Source: Eubacteriales bacterium (GTDB lineage: Bacteria; Bacillota; Clostridia; Oscillospirales; CAG-272). Taken from it: a stretch of 64,000 nucleotides of DNA. The position numbers and the translations under genes were made by a program. Shown piece by piece: positions 15,960 through 26,356 of this stretch (position 1 is its first letter; each line of letters begins with the position of its first letter). The notes under the pieces are model-generated. The model was not told the DNA's origin and did no database searches. It was given only the letters and a program-made list of their open reading frames with translations. The DNA is taken from positions 6,532-70,531 of the forward strand of contig JAZNBB010000058.1 in the NCBI GenBank assembly GCA_045586845.1, in the 5' to 3' direction.

Positions 15960-17054
15960 ATGGCAAGCAAACACGAGGGACTGAGTGAACGCAAGAAGTT
16001 AATATTGAAGGCGATCGTCGAGGCACATATTGCCGAGGGTGAACCGGTCGGTTCCAAGTCGCTTATGGCAAATCAGCAGATCGTGTGCTCGTCTGCTACC
16101 ATTCGTAACGAAATGGCAGAGCTTGAGGAGATGGGATACCTGGTACAGCCTCACACCTCGGCGGGCAGAGTGCCAAGTGAGCTGGGGTACCGCTTTTACG
16201 TGGACTCGCTGATCGAACACTATGCCATGACCGCACACGACATCAAGGAGATCGGCGGTCTCTTAAAATCCAAGATGCACGAGCTGGACGAGGTACTGCT
16301 GGCGGCTTCGCGTGTTGCGTCAAGCTTGACAAACTATACGGGCATTGCCATCAAGCCCCGCGCATCTGCCGCACGTATCAATCGCTTTGAGGTCATCTAT
16401 ATCAGACCCACCGAGTTTATCGTAGTCATGGTCGCTGCTTCAAGCGACGTCAAGACCAAGAGCATTCATACCGAGAACGAAATTACCGCAGACGTGACCG
16501 CACACCTGTCAAGCGTGCTCAATTCCAATATTGCGGGTCTGACGTCGCATCAGATCAATTTGCCTATCATCATGAACATGGAGACCGAGATGGGACAGCA
16601 CGCAAGTCTTGTATCTCACGTGATCAAGGCAGTTTACGAAACGCTTAATGAGCTGGACGACGGAGAGGTACGATGGAGCGGTATCGATCAACTTTTGCAG
16701 TACCCCGAATTTGAGGACCGAGACACCCTCAAGCATGTGCTTGGAGCACTGGAAGGGCAGGACGAGATCTTAGATCTTGTATCTGCAGGTGACCGCGAGG
16801 ACATCAACGTGGTGTTCGGCGCAGGCGGCATGACCGGACCCATGAACAATTCCGCCATGGTATATAAACATATCGTCAAGGATGGCAAGACCGTAGGTGC
16901 GATCGGTATTATCGGTCCGCGCCGCATGGATTACGCCAAGGTGCTGGCAACCTTGGAAAGCCTGACCGGCAATATTGCGGATATGCTGGGCGAGGATACC
17001 AAACTTTTGAACGGAGGACAATCCAATGGAACAGACCCAAAGACCGACGGATGA
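15960..17054 (+). CDS. hrcA: heat-inducible transcription repressor HrcA
   Basis: The N-terminal winged helix LSERKKLILKAIVEAHIAEGEPVGSK, the position as first gene of the dnaK operon, and the upstream CIRCE site all support the call. Confidence 0.9.
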   Translation: MASKHEGLSERKKLILKAIVEAHIAEGEPVGSKSLMANQQIVCSSATIRNEMAELEEMGYLVQPHTSAGRVPSELGYRFYVDSLIEHYAMTAHDIKEIGGLLKSKMHELDEVLLAASRVASSLTNYTGIAIKPRASAARINRFEVIYIRPTEFIVVMVAASSDVKTKSIHTENEITADVTAHLSSVLNSNIAGLTSHQINLPIIMNMETEMGQHASLVSHVIKAVYETLNELDDGEVRWSGIDQLLQYPEFEDRDTLKHVLGALEGQDEILDLVSAGDREDINVVFGAGGMTGPMNNSAMVYKHIVKDGKTVGAIGIIGPRRMDYAKVLATLESLTGNIADMLGEDTKLLNGGQSNGTDPKTDG

Positions 17055-17613
17055 GACTGTAGAGGCGCAAGAACCCGTCACAGAACAGCCCGAGGTACAG
17101 AGCGAACCCGAGGAAAAACCGGGACGCGCGGATAAAAAGAAGCTTAAAAAGGCAGAGGCACAGATAGCCGAGCTTGAAAAGCAGCTCGAAGAGAGCAAGG
17201 CAGAGCTGGCAGCCGCCAACGATAAGTATATGCGCATGATCGCAGAGTACGACAACTATCGCCGCCGTACCGCAAAGGAAAAGGACGGCATTTACGCAGA
17301 CGCGTATGCAGATGCGCTGAAGGGCATTCTCCCTATTCTTGACAATCTGGAGCGTGCAGTTGGCGTGAGCGAGGCAGAAGCACTGCAAAAGGGACTTGCC
17401 ATGACGCTCAAAGGGGCAGAGGACGCACTGGTCAAGATGGGCGTAACCGCTTTCGGTGAGAAGGGAGAGACCTTCGATCCCGAAAAGCATAACGCAGTCA
17501 TGCATATCGAAGACGAGCAATACGGTGAGGGCGAGATCACCGAGGTTTACCAAAAGGGCTATGCAAAGGGCGACAAGATTTTGCGCTTTGCCATGGTCAT
17601 CGTCGCAAACTGA
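17026..17613 (+). CDS. grpE: nucleotide exchange factor GrpE
   Basis: An acidic N-terminus is followed by the coiled-coil block DKYMRMIAEYDNYRRRTAKE. The position between hrcA and dnaK fits. It overlaps the hrcA 3' end by 29 nt. Confidence 0.9.
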   Translation: MEQTQRPTDETVEAQEPVTEQPEVQSEPEEKPGRADKKKLKKAEAQIAELEKQLEESKAELAAANDKYMRMIAEYDNYRRRTAKEKDGIYADAYADALKGILPILDNLERAVGVSEAEALQKGLAMTLKGAEDALVKMGVTAFGEKGETFDPEKHNAVMHIEDEQYGEGEITEVYQKGYAKGDKILRFAMVIVAN

Positions 17614-17658
17614 AATCAGAAATCTATCAAACACCATATATAAGGAGGAAAAATAATT

Positions 17659-19485
17659 ATGGGAAAGATCATCGGTATAGATTTAGGTACAACAAACTCT
17701 TGTGTAGCAGTATTCGAGGGCTCCGAGCCCATCGTTATCCCCAATCCCGAGGGAAGCAGAACCACCCCTTCTGTAGTCGCATTCTCCAAAACGGGTGAGA
17801 GAATGGTCGGTCAGGTCGCAAAGCGCCAGGCGATCACCAATCCCGACAGAACCGTTATCTCGATCAAGAGAGAAATGGGCTCTGCCAAGAAGACCAATAT
17901 TGACGGCAAGGCATACACCCCCCAGGAGATCTCCGCAATGATTTTGCAGAAGCTCAAGGCTGATGCGGAAAGCTATCTTGGTACCACCGTGACCGAAGCG
18001 GTCATCACGGTTCCCGCGTACTTCTCGGACGCACAGCGTCAGGCAACAAAGGATGCAGGTAAGATCGCGGGTTTGGACGTTAAGAGAATCATCAACGAGC
18101 CCACCGCCGCAGCACTGGCATACGGCATGGACAAGGAGATCGGGCAGAAGATCATGGTATTCGACCTTGGCGGCGGTACCTTTGACGTTTCTATTCTTGA
18201 GATCTCGGACGGTGTGTTCGAGGTGCTTGCAACCAATGGCGACACCAAGCTGGGAGGCGACGACTTCGACCAGAGAATCATCGACTGGATGGCTGATAAG
18301 TTCCAGCGTGAGAACGGCGTAGACCTGCGCAAGGACAAGATGGTGCTGCAGAGACTCAAGGACGCAGCAGAGAAGGCAAAGATCGAGCTTTCCGGCATGA
18401 TGTCCGCTGACATCAACCTGCCCTTCATTACCGCAACCAGCGCAGGACCTCTCCACTTTGAGGCAACCCTGACCAGAGCCGAGTTCGACCGCATCACGGC
18501 TGATCTTGTCGACCGCGCAATGGTTCCCACCAAAAAGGCACTCTCCGACGCGGGCTTGAGCGTTTCTCAGATCGACAAGTGCCTCTTAGTCGGCGGTTCT
18601 ACCAGAATTCCCGCCGTACAGGAAGCTGTTAAGAAGTTTATCGGCAAAGAACCTTTCAAGGGTATCAACCCCGATGAGTGCGTAGCAATCGGTGCTGCTA
18701 TTCAAGGCGGCGTACTGGGTGGCGAGGTCAAGGATCTGCTGCTGCTTGATGTAACCCCCCTGTCTTTGGGTATTGAGACCATGGGCGGTGTATTCAATCG
18801 CATCATTGACAGAAACACCACCATCCCCGTAAAGAAGAGCCAGATCTATTCTACCGCAGCCGACGGTCAGACCTCCGTTGAGATCCACGTGCTGCAGGGT
18901 GAGCGTGAAATGGCACAGTATAACACCACGCTGGGCAGATTCATTCTGGACGGCATCGCGCCCGCTCCCCGCGGTGTGCCCCAGATCGAGGTCACCTTTG
19001 ACATCGTCGCAAACGGTATCGTAAACGTTACCGCAAAGGATAAGGGCACCGGCAAGGAGCAGCACATCGTCATCACTTCTTCGACCAATATGTCGCAGGA
19101 GGATATCGACAAGGCAGTTCGTGAGGCTGAAAAGTTTGCCGAGGAGGATAAGAAGCAGAAGGAAGCCGTTGACGTACGCAACCACGCAGAGTCCATGGTA
19201 TTCCAGATGGAAAAGACACTTGGCGAGGTAGAGGGCAAGGTCAGCGCAGAAGCTATCAACGAGGCGCGCGCAGGCATTGACAAGCTCAAGGAGACCTTGA
19301 AGGGCAGTGATACCGAGGCGATCAAGGCAGATACAGAGGCTTGTGAAAAGGCATTCTACAAGGTATCCGAGGAGCTGTACCGTCAGCAGAGCGCACAGGG
19401 CGGCGATCAGCAGCAGGGAGGCAACTACAACCAAGGCGACGGCACCTATTACGACGCAAACTACGAGGATAACTCCAACAAGTAA
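17659..19485 (+). CDS. dnaK: molecular chaperone DnaK (Hsp70)
   Basis: [21 protein letters not shown] and the rest of the sequence are unambiguous Hsp70. Confidence 0.97.
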   Translation: MGKIIGIDLGTTNSCVAVFEGSEPIVIPNPEGSRTTPSVVAFSKTGERMVGQVAKRQAITNPDRTVISIKREMGSAKKTNIDGKAYTPQEISAMILQKLKADAESYLGTTVTEAVITVPAYFSDAQRQATKDAGKIAGLDVKRIINEPTAAALAYGMDKEIGQKIMVFDLGGGTFDVSILEISDGVFEVLATNGDTKLGGDDFDQRIIDWMADKFQRENGVDLRKDKMVLQRLKDAAEKAKIELSGMMSADINLPFITATSAGPLHFEATLTRAEFDRITADLVDRAMVPTKKALSDAGLSVSQIDKCLLVGGSTRIPAVQEAVKKFIGKEPFKGINPDECVAIGAAIQGGVLGGEVKDLLLLDVTPLSLGIETMGGVFNRIIDRNTTIPVKKSQIYSTAADGQTSVEIHVLQGEREMAQYNTTLGRFILDGIAPAPRGVPQIEVTFDIVANGIVNVTAKDKGTGKEQHIVITSSTNMSQEDIDKAVREAEKFAEEDKKQKEAVDVRNHAESMVFQMEKTLGEVEGKVSAEAINEARAGIDKLKETLKGSDTEAIKADTEACEKAFYKVSEELYRQQSAQGGDQQQGGNYNQGDGTYYDANYEDNSNK

Positions 19486-19552
19486 TCAAAAATGGCTAAA
19501 GGCTGTCGCACCATGTGCGACAGCCTATAGCAGGTTATAAAGGAATTTGAAC

Positions 19553-20686
19553 ATGGCAGACAAAAGAGATTATTACGAGGTACTGGGTGTTGATAAGAAC
19601 GCATCGGATGCCGAGATCAAAAAGGCATACCGCGTGCTGGCGAAAAAGTACCACCCCGATATGAATCCCGGCAATGCCGAGGCTGAGGCAAAGTTCAAGG
19701 AAGCAAACGAAGCATACGAGGTGCTCTCGGACAGCGAGAAAAAGGCAAAGTACGACCAGTTTGGTCACGCAGCGTTTGACCAGGGCGCAGGCTTTGGCGG
19801 AGGCGGCTACAGTGGCGGATTTACCGATTTCGGCGATATCGGCGATATTTTCGGGTCGTTCTTTGGCGGCGCATTCGGCGGTGGCGGACAGAAGCGACGC
19901 AACGGTCCTCAGCGCGGAGACGATATTCAGATCCGCGTGTCGCTGTCATTTGAGGAGGCGGCGTTCGGTGTCAAGAAGACTATTACCTATACAAGACTTC
20001 GCAAATGTCCCGATTGCGGAGGCAACGGCAGTGAAGGCGGGCAAGCCCCCGAGACCTGCTCGGCTTGCCGTGGCACGGGTCAGGTGCGCACGGTACACAA
20101 TATGGGCGGCATGCAGTTCCAGTCCACAGGCACTTGCGAGAAGTGTCGCGGTACGGGTAAGATTATTAAAAATCCCTGTTCGCGTTGCCGCGGTGCGGGC
20201 ATGGAGCGTGAGAACAAGAATTTGACCGTGGATATTCCCGCAGGTATCGACCACGGCGAAAAGATCGCGTTGCGTTCCCAGGGCTGTGACGGCAAAAACG
20301 GGGGTCCTACAGGTGACTTGATTATGCAGGTCAACGTACAACCGCATAAGATATTCAAGCGCGACGGTGCCAATATCTATTGCGATGTTCCTGTTACGGT
20401 TTCTGAGGCGGTGCTGGGAGCTGAGATCGACGTGCCTACCTTGGAAGGTTCGCACAAGTTCGATCTGCCCGAGGGTACGCAAACCGGTACTTCCTTTACG
20501 CTGCGCGGCAAGGGCATTCCCAATTTGGGCAACGGTTCACGCAGGGGAGATCTGATCTTCAGAGTGAGCGTTGAGATTCCCACAGGGCTTTCCTCCAAGC
20601 AAAAGGAGGCAATGCGCGTATTTGCGGAGGCATGCGGCGAGAGCAATTATAAAAAGAAGAAAAACTTTTTCAAGAAGAGCAAATAA
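19553..20686 (+). CDS. dnaJ: molecular chaperone DnaJ
   Basis: Has a J domain (DYYEVLGV...HPD), a G/F-rich linker and four CxxCxGxG zinc motifs. I prefer ATG 19553 over the TTG at 19547. Confidence 0.95.
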   Translation: MADKRDYYEVLGVDKNASDAEIKKAYRVLAKKYHPDMNPGNAEAEAKFKEANEAYEVLSDSEKKAKYDQFGHAAFDQGAGFGGGGYSGGFTDFGDIGDIFGSFFGGAFGGGGQKRRNGPQRGDDIQIRVSLSFEEAAFGVKKTITYTRLRKCPDCGGNGSEGGQAPETCSACRGTGQVRTVHNMGGMQFQSTGTCEKCRGTGKIIKNPCSRCRGAGMERENKNLTVDIPAGIDHGEKIALRSQGCDGKNGGPTGDLIMQVNVQPHKIFKRDGANIYCDVPVTVSEAVLGAEIDVPTLEGSHKFDLPEGTQTGTSFTLRGKGIPNLGNGSRRGDLIFRVSVEIPTGLSSKQKEAMRVFAEACGESNYKKKKNFFKKSK

Positions 20687-20699
20687 AGGGTAAATAAGT

Positions 20700-21659
20700 A
20701 TGGTAGATAAGGATTACGTTTGCGAGGATTGGGGTGAGACTACCCAATGGACGCAGATTCGCGTCACGGTCAAGCTTGAGCAGTTAGACGCGCTTGTCGC
20801 GGTTATGAGTATGATCAATAACAATCTCATGATCGAGGATTACAGCGACATCGATCTCAAGACCTGCTACGGCGACCTGATAGACGAGAGCATTCTCAAC
20901 GCGGATAAGACCATCGCGTCTGTGTCGGTTTACTTACCCGTGGAGCGTGATATCCGTGAGGACGTGGAGTTTTTGCGCGAAATGCTTGCAAAGGACGGCA
21001 TTGAGGGCGAAATCAAGATGATCGGTCTTAATGAAGAGGACTGGGCAAACGCATGGAAGGCGTATTATAAGCCGATCAAGATCGGCTCCAAGATCGTCAT
21101 CGTGCCCGCTTGGGAAAAGTATGAGGCTGCAGAGGGTGAATTGATTGTGCGTATGGATCCCGGTATGGCGTTCGGAACGGGCACGCACGAGACCACCAGA
21201 TTGGTTATCGGTCTTTTGGAAAAGTATACCACCCCCGGCGTGCGTATGTTGGACGTGGGTACGGGCAGCGGTATTCTTGCCATCTGTGCCTCCCGTTTGG
21301 GTGCAGGGGAGTGTAAGGCGTACGATATCGATCCCATGTCGGTGCGCGTGGCACGCGAGAACATCAAGGATTCTGGTCTCGACAATATCACCTGTGACCA
21401 ATCCGACCTGTTGCGCTCGGTGGATATTGCGGGCGGCAAATACGGACTTGTGTGTGCCAATATCGTAGCGGACATCATCATTCGCATGACGCCCGACGTG
21501 CATAAGTACATTGCAAAGGACGGCGTGCTGTTGGCTTCGGGTATCATTATGGAACGCAGTCAAGATGTGGTTAATTGCTTTGAAGCACACGGCTTTGAGA
21601 TCGTTGAGCGCGCCGAGGAAAACGGTTGGTGCGCACTCGCGGTCAAATTAAGAAAATGA
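20700..21659 (+). CDS. prmA: ribosomal protein L11 methyltransferase PrmA
   Basis: Shows the SAM-binding block LDVGTGSGILAI and the FGTGTHETT motif, and occupies the conserved position after dnaJ. Confidence 0.85.
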   Translation: MVDKDYVCEDWGETTQWTQIRVTVKLEQLDALVAVMSMINNNLMIEDYSDIDLKTCYGDLIDESILNADKTIASVSVYLPVERDIREDVEFLREMLAKDGIEGEIKMIGLNEEDWANAWKAYYKPIKIGSKIVIVPAWEKYEAAEGELIVRMDPGMAFGTGTHETTRLVIGLLEKYTTPGVRMLDVGTGSGILAICASRLGAGECKAYDIDPMSVRVARENIKDSGLDNITCDQSDLLRSVDIAGGKYGLVCANIVADIIIRMTPDVHKYIAKDGVLLASGIIMERSQDVVNCFEAHGFEIVERAEENGWCALAVKLRK

Positions 21660-22201
21660 TCGAATATTCGCTGATCAGATCGAGCCGAAAAACCATCGGC
21701 ATACAGATCAAGGATGGCAAGGTAATCGTGCGCGCCCCCCGGCGTCTGCCCAAAAGAGCGATCGATGCATTTGTGCTAAAGCATGCGGACTGGGTCGATC
21801 GGCATCTTTCCAAGGCAAAGTCAGGGCAGGAGCTGCCAAAGCTTTCCGAGAGTGAACTCAAAGCGCTTGTCGCACAGGCAAAACAGACCATTCCCGCGCG
21901 CGTGGCGCATTACGCAGATCTGCTTGGTATAGAATATGGGCGCATCACGATCCGCACGCAAAAAACGCGTTGGGGCAGTTGTTCGTCGAAAGGAAATCTC
22001 AACTTTAATTGTCTTTTGATGTTAGCCCCGCCCGAGGTGCTGGACAGCGTGGTCGTGCATGAGCTGTGTCACCGCAAGCATATGAATCACTCAAGGGACT
22101 TTTATGCCGAGATCGCGCGTATCATGCCGGACTATAAAGCTCGTCACGCGTGGCTTAAGCAAAACGGCACGGCACTGATGGCAAGAGCGCATGGAAATTG
22201 A
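21656..22201 (+). CDS. M48-like zinc metallopeptidase, DUF45/YgjP family
   Basis: Has the HELCHRKHMNHS (HExxH) motif. The start MIEYSLIRS overlaps the prmA stop (ATGA). Confidence 0.7.
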   Translation: MIEYSLIRSSRKTIGIQIKDGKVIVRAPRRLPKRAIDAFVLKHADWVDRHLSKAKSGQELPKLSESELKALVAQAKQTIPARVAHYADLLGIEYGRITIRTQKTRWGSCSSKGNLNFNCLLMLAPPEVLDSVVVHELCHRKHMNHSRDFYAEIARIMPDYKARHAWLKQNGTALMARAHGN

Positions 22202-22266
22202 ATATAGAGTTGCAACAAAAAGCATACAAGTAGGGGCGTTTAAATAACGCCGCAACGGATACAAAA

Positions 22267-22298
22267 ATCGGCAGAGGGATCGTTTCCTCTGCCGATTT
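22267..22298. terminator. bidirectional rho-independent terminator
   Basis: ATCGGCAGAGG-gatcgttt-CCTCTGCCGAT is flanked by AAAA on one side and TTT on the other, between convergent genes. Confidence 0.65.
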
Positions 22299-22462
22299 AT
22301 CTATTTGTTTATTGCGGAGTAATTTTCTCCTTATACGCAGGAGAGTCCCGCGGTCGTTCGCGGACGAACGTATTTTTGGCTTTACAGTAATATTTCGTCT
22401 TTGTCGTGTCATTACAAACATTCTTAGGAGAATGTGTCTTAATGATCGGCTTTTCTTTGCTT

Positions 22463-23608
22463 TTACACTTGCTGTTGCTTATTCATGGCTTGCACAATGC
22501 GATAATACTCAAAGAACTTATAAACGTTGTACCCCTCGGGAGCGGTCATTTCGCAATAGGTCTTGCCAAAGCTGAACAAGAGAAAGCGTCTGCCGCGCAT
22601 GGAAAGTTCTGTGATCTCGGAGAAGGGTACGTGCCAATCACCGCAGGTAATGCCGTAGGGGGTCATGATAAAGCGACCTTCGGTAAGCGTATGCTCCTCG
22701 TGGCTTTCCACAGTATATACTCTTGCATTCTCGGCAAAGATTTCGGTACCGTTTTCCACAAGCGACTGTGCCGCCGTGTGCTGTCTTGCCGCAAGAGAAG
22801 TCAGGGTGGTGTCAGGTGCGCCGTGCAGCATACCATAAGTGTCATAGGTAAAGAAGCCTTGGCAAGCGGTACATCTTACGCGGTCTCCCTTGGAGTACAG
22901 CGTATCGATCTTGCCGCAGAAGGGGCAAATATACAGCAGGTTTTCCATGCTCTCGGCAAGTTTCTTCCCCTTGTATTTGCAAGGCTTTTGCGACTGGCGT
23001 GCGTACGCGTCCTCAAAAAGATCCTCTCGAATGATGCGGTTGACCTCGTCCTCGCTCATAGCGGCGATCTGCTCTGCGGAATAGACGTTTACGGGCTCAC
23101 CGTGCACGTAGCCTCTGCGTGTGTTTTTGGTGCTCCACATGGGGCTTGCAAAGTAGCCGCCCGAGATGCGGTAGGTCACAAGTCCGCAGCGTGCCGCCTT
23201 GACAAGCCCGCCCGTGGTAGGTGCGATGTGCCCTGTCAAGCCGTCCCAGGAGCGCAATCCTTCCGCAAACATACACACGTTTGCGCCCTTGCGTACCTTG
23301 CGCAAAATATCAATGATGGCGGATGCCGCCGTGGTGCCTTTCTTGCGCAGAATGGGTGCGAGCAAGTAATTAACTAACTTATATCCATGCTTCCAGCGTG
23401 CAATGTGCTCGCTTGCCACAAAGTACATTTGTTTGGGAAAGGAGCTGCTCACGAATAATGGGTCATAATCGGTGACGTGATTAGAAAGCACGATATAGTG
23501 ATCGGGCAGGTTTTTTGCCACCTTGCAGGTATATCCGAATTTGATAAAGCAGAAAACTCTGACCGGGAAGCGCAACAGCCTCCAAAATAAATTGAGTCGT
23601 TTTTGCAC
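22463..23608 (-). CDS. lysophospholipid (1-acyl-glycerol-3-phosphate) acyltransferase family protein with C-terminal extension
   Basis: Has the acyltransferase HxxxxD motif (SNHVTDYD) and a later FAEG(L)R block. The C-terminal half contains a CPFC...C..C zinc-ribbon-like motif. The start is GTG, with RBS ggagga. Confidence 0.65.
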   Translation of the reverse strand: MQKRLNLFWRLLRFPVRVFCFIKFGYTCKVAKNLPDHYIVLSNHVTDYDPLFVSSSFPKQMYFVASEHIARWKHGYKLVNYLLAPILRKKGTTAASAIIDILRKVRKGANVCMFAEGLRSWDGLTGHIAPTTGGLVKAARCGLVTYRISGGYFASPMWSTKNTRRGYVHGEPVNVYSAEQIAAMSEDEVNRIIREDLFEDAYARQSQKPCKYKGKKLAESMENLLYICPFCGKIDTLYSKGDRVRCTACQGFFTYDTYGMLHGAPDTTLTSLAARQHTAAQSLVENGTEIFAENARVYTVESHEEHTLTEGRFIMTPYGITCGDWHVPFSEITELSMRGRRFLLFSFGKTYCEMTAPEGYNVYKFFEYYRIVQAMNKQQQV

Positions 23609-23694
23609 GGAAAAATCCTCCGTTTATTGATGATTTTGCCCGTCAGGGCATGAAAATGCTCCCGCGCGGGGCAGGAGCATTTATTTCGGTTGCC

Positions 23695-23994
23695 TTATTG
23701 TGCCAGCAGTGCACGCTCCAGCCAGATAAGCCCCATGCTGAATGCATCATGCAGACCGTCCTTCTGACCCTGCTTAATGATCTTGGTGGGGTCCTTGGAG
23801 TTCAATACCTGGATCAAGATCTTGCCGGGCACCTCGTCGCCCTTTTCATTTTTGACGTAGGACATGATCTCGAGAATAAGAATACAGGGCTCGTTCATGT
23901 CGCCGTAGCAAATGGTGTTGCCCTCACGAACCAAGGGCTTGTCTTTATAATATAGGTATTCGCCGCCCACTTGAGCGCGTGTTTCGTTTGCCAT
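23695..23994 (-). CDS. hypothetical protein (99 aa)
   Basis: Has a good RBS (aaggagga) and a terminator hairpin downstream. No motif recognised. Confidence 0.45.
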   Translation of the reverse strand: MANETRAQVGGEYLYYKDKPLVREGNTICYGDMNEPCILILEIMSYVKNEKGDEVPGKILIQVLNSKDPTKIIKQGQKDGLHDAFSMGLIWLERALLAQ

Positions 23995-24094
23995 GATGTG
24001 TCCTCCTTGAAAATCTATATAGGAAATGGATATGCTATCAAATTATTATAGCACACAATGTATGCTCAGTCAAGGTTATTCATAAAAAATTCAC

Positions 24095-25267
24095 TCAAAG
24101 AGCCATATAAGGGGAAAACCGCTTGAAAAAACCGCTGCTTTTTGGTTTTTCCATCGCAAGTGTGTAAAGTGCATCGGCGCGATCGGAAAGTTCTCGTTGT
24201 CTGCAATCTTGCGCATCGGCGGGCTTGATGACAACCGGTACGGGACAGGTGCGGCGCAACTCGGCAAGAATCTGTCGCCCTTTGGCATTTGTACCCAGTA
24301 CGGTGAAATACGCGGGCGGACGGCGCAGGTCTTGTTCTGTTACGCCCAGGGCGGCGTACAGTACGGCGCGGCGCACGTGTGCATCGGGCAAAGATTTGTG
24401 AGAAGCAAGCGCGTAAAGCTCATCAAGATCGGTTGCGTTTTGTGCGGCGGCTGCAATGCGTGCACCAAGACCTGAAGTGCAGAGTGCGGCGGACGCGATG
24501 CTCTCGCGCGGCGCGGTGCGCAGAATGGCAAGCAGCGCGGTTCCGTAGCCTTGACAGTCTCCAAGCAATTCTCCCTTGGCGTGCGCACGTGCAAGCGCAT
24601 CAAATGCGGGAGCAGGTAAATGCTCTTGCAAAGCGTCAAAGCCTTGCTCGCGGTAAAGTTTGCGCAAAGCCGTAGCACTCGGATATTCGTCTGACAGGGT
24701 TTGCGCATTGTACGCAGAGCCGACACGACGCGTACAGCGTGGGGTAATATCGTAATCGCCGGCCATGATCGCCTTGCAGTAGGCAAGACCGAGCAGATCA
24801 TTGGAAAGCGCGGTAACGTTCTCGCCAGAAACCTGTGAAAGTGCCTTTGCGTAGGCAGCGGCAGTGCCCATATTGGTCTTGATCAGCGCGTCGTATTGCG
24901 CCTTGAAATCGGGCGTGAGGGAAGCGACAGCCCAAGTCTTCAGACAATCAATATCGCCGTTCTCGCTGCCAAAGTACAAAACATCACAGCCGAATGCATC
25001 CGCCGCAGCAATACCTGCACAGGCGAAAAACTCAGCGCTTCCCGCGGCGTAGGGGAAGGGCAGCTCAATGACAAGATCCGCACCGCAGGCAACTGCCGCC
25101 ATGGCACGTGCGTACTTGTGTGCCATGGTGGGCTCGCCGCGTTGCGTAAAGTTGCCGCTCATGATGCAAAGGATGCCGTCTGCTCCTGCCTGCCTTGCGC
25201 AGTTAAGATGGTATAAATGTCCGCCATGCAGCGGATTGTATTCACAAATGATTGCAAAGCGTGCCAT
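24095..25267 (-). CDS. nucleotidyltransferase family protein, TmcAL/YlbM-like (tRNA-Met cytidine acetate ligase)
   Basis: The N-terminus ICEYNPLHGGHLYH (HxGH-type nucleotidyltransferase) is typical of UPF0348/TmcAL. I place the start at MARFAII, which follows RBS aggagg, rather than at the longer ORF-track start. Confidence 0.7.
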   Translation of the reverse strand: MARFAIICEYNPLHGGHLYHLNCARQAGADGILCIMSGNFTQRGEPTMAHKYARAMAAVACGADLVIELPFPYAAGSAEFFACAGIAAADAFGCDVLYFGSENGDIDCLKTWAVASLTPDFKAQYDALIKTNMGTAAAYAKALSQVSGENVTALSNDLLGLAYCKAIMAGDYDITPRCTRRVGSAYNAQTLSDEYPSATALRKLYREQGFDALQEHLPAPAFDALARAHAKGELLGDCQGYGTALLAILRTAPRESIASAALCTSGLGARIAAAAQNATDLDELYALASHKSLPDAHVRRAVLYAALGVTEQDLRRPPAYFTVLGTNAKGRQILAELRRTCPVPVVIKPADAQDCRQRELSDRADALYTLAMEKPKSSGFFKRFSPYMAL

Positions 25268-25377
25268 TTTTACCTCCTGCTCGGTGCTTTCTTTGGTCAG
25301 TATATCATGCATTGGGGCACTTGTCAAGCAAGGGCTTGGCAGAAAGTGAAAAAAATGCACCAAATCTCAAAAAACAC

Positions 25378-25406
25378 TTGACAAAATGCGCAAGAGCGGT
25401 TATAAT
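25378..25406 (+). promoter_or_regulatory. sigma-A type promoter (TTGACA-17-TATAAT) for yceD-rpmF
   Basis: Perfect consensus hexamers with a 17-nt spacer. Confidence 0.6.
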
Positions 25407-25449
25407 ATTTACTGTCGCTTTTTATGTCGTTTGCAAGGGGGTGTATATT

Positions 25450-25971
25450 GTGATTCTCGATATGGGTCCCATGCTGCGAGGAGAGGTGGACATACTTACT
25501 GTGGATTATATGCTTAAACCGGAGCCTTTGCAGGGTGTGGAATTTACGGCGGATGCTCACGTGGTCGGACAGGTGACCGATACGGGCGGATATATGCGTC
25601 TCGTTTTAGAAGCGGATATGCCATACAGTACCGTCTGCGCAAGATGTCTTGATAAGGTGGAAGGTATTTACACAGTCTGCTTTGAGCGTACCGTAGCGGA
25701 TGAGCATTCCTTGTCCCAGGAACAGATCGACGACAACGTGGATGAGTACATCATTATAAAAGACGGTCAGTTGGATATCGACGAGCAGCTGGTGGAGGAA
25801 ATGATCCTTTCGTTTCCGACCAAGTTCCTTTGCGATGAAGATTGTCCCGGGCTTTGCCCCAAATGCGGTAAGCAGCTTAAACACGGTGCGTGCGGTTGCA
25901 AAACCAAGGAGATCGACCCCAGACTTGCAGTGCTTGCGCAGCTGCTTGAACAGAATGGGGACGAAGAATAA
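25450..25971 (+). CDS. YceD/DUF177 family protein
   Basis: Has the C-terminal CDEDCPGLCPKCG zinc-ribbon block and sits directly upstream of rpmF, as in many bacteria. The start is either GTG 25450 (RBS aaggggg) or ATG 25462. Confidence 0.7.
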   Translation: MILDMGPMLRGEVDILTVDYMLKPEPLQGVEFTADAHVVGQVTDTGGYMRLVLEADMPYSTVCARCLDKVEGIYTVCFERTVADEHSLSQEQIDDNVDEYIIIKDGQLDIDEQLVEEMILSFPTKFLCDEDCPGLCPKCGKQLKHGACGCKTKEIDPRLAVLAQLLEQNGDEE

Positions 25972-26072
25972 TTCAGAATGTAACCGAGTTTCGGTAACAG
26001 ATATAAGTTTATAAAAAATATTGACATATTCAGGTGTACGAGCCTATTGTACACCGAAGAGGAGGTGTAATT

Positions 26073-26270
26073 ATGGCAGTACCGAAGAGAAAGGTATCCA
26101 AGGCACGCAGAGACAAGAGAAGATCTAACAACTCCAAGCTCGCTATGCCCGGTATGGTAAAGTGCTCCAATCCCGAATGCAATGAAATGGTATTGGCACA
26201 TCGTGTTTGCAAGGCTTGCGGTTTCTACGGCGGCAAGCAGGTAATCACCCTGAAGCAGAAGGAAGACTAA
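26073..26270 (+). CDS. rpmF: 50S ribosomal protein L32
   Basis: [18 protein letters not shown] plus the CxxC...CxxC zinc ribbon. RBS gaggagg. Confidence 0.9.
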   Translation: MAVPKRKVSKARRDKRRSNNSKLAMPGMVKCSNPECNEMVLAHRVCKACGFYGGKQVITLKQKED

Positions 26271-26356
26271 TCCTTTTTTACCATCAAAAACCACACAAAA
26301 GGATTCATCGACGTATGATCGGGTGAATCCTTTTGTGTCATAAGGAGTAATTATTT

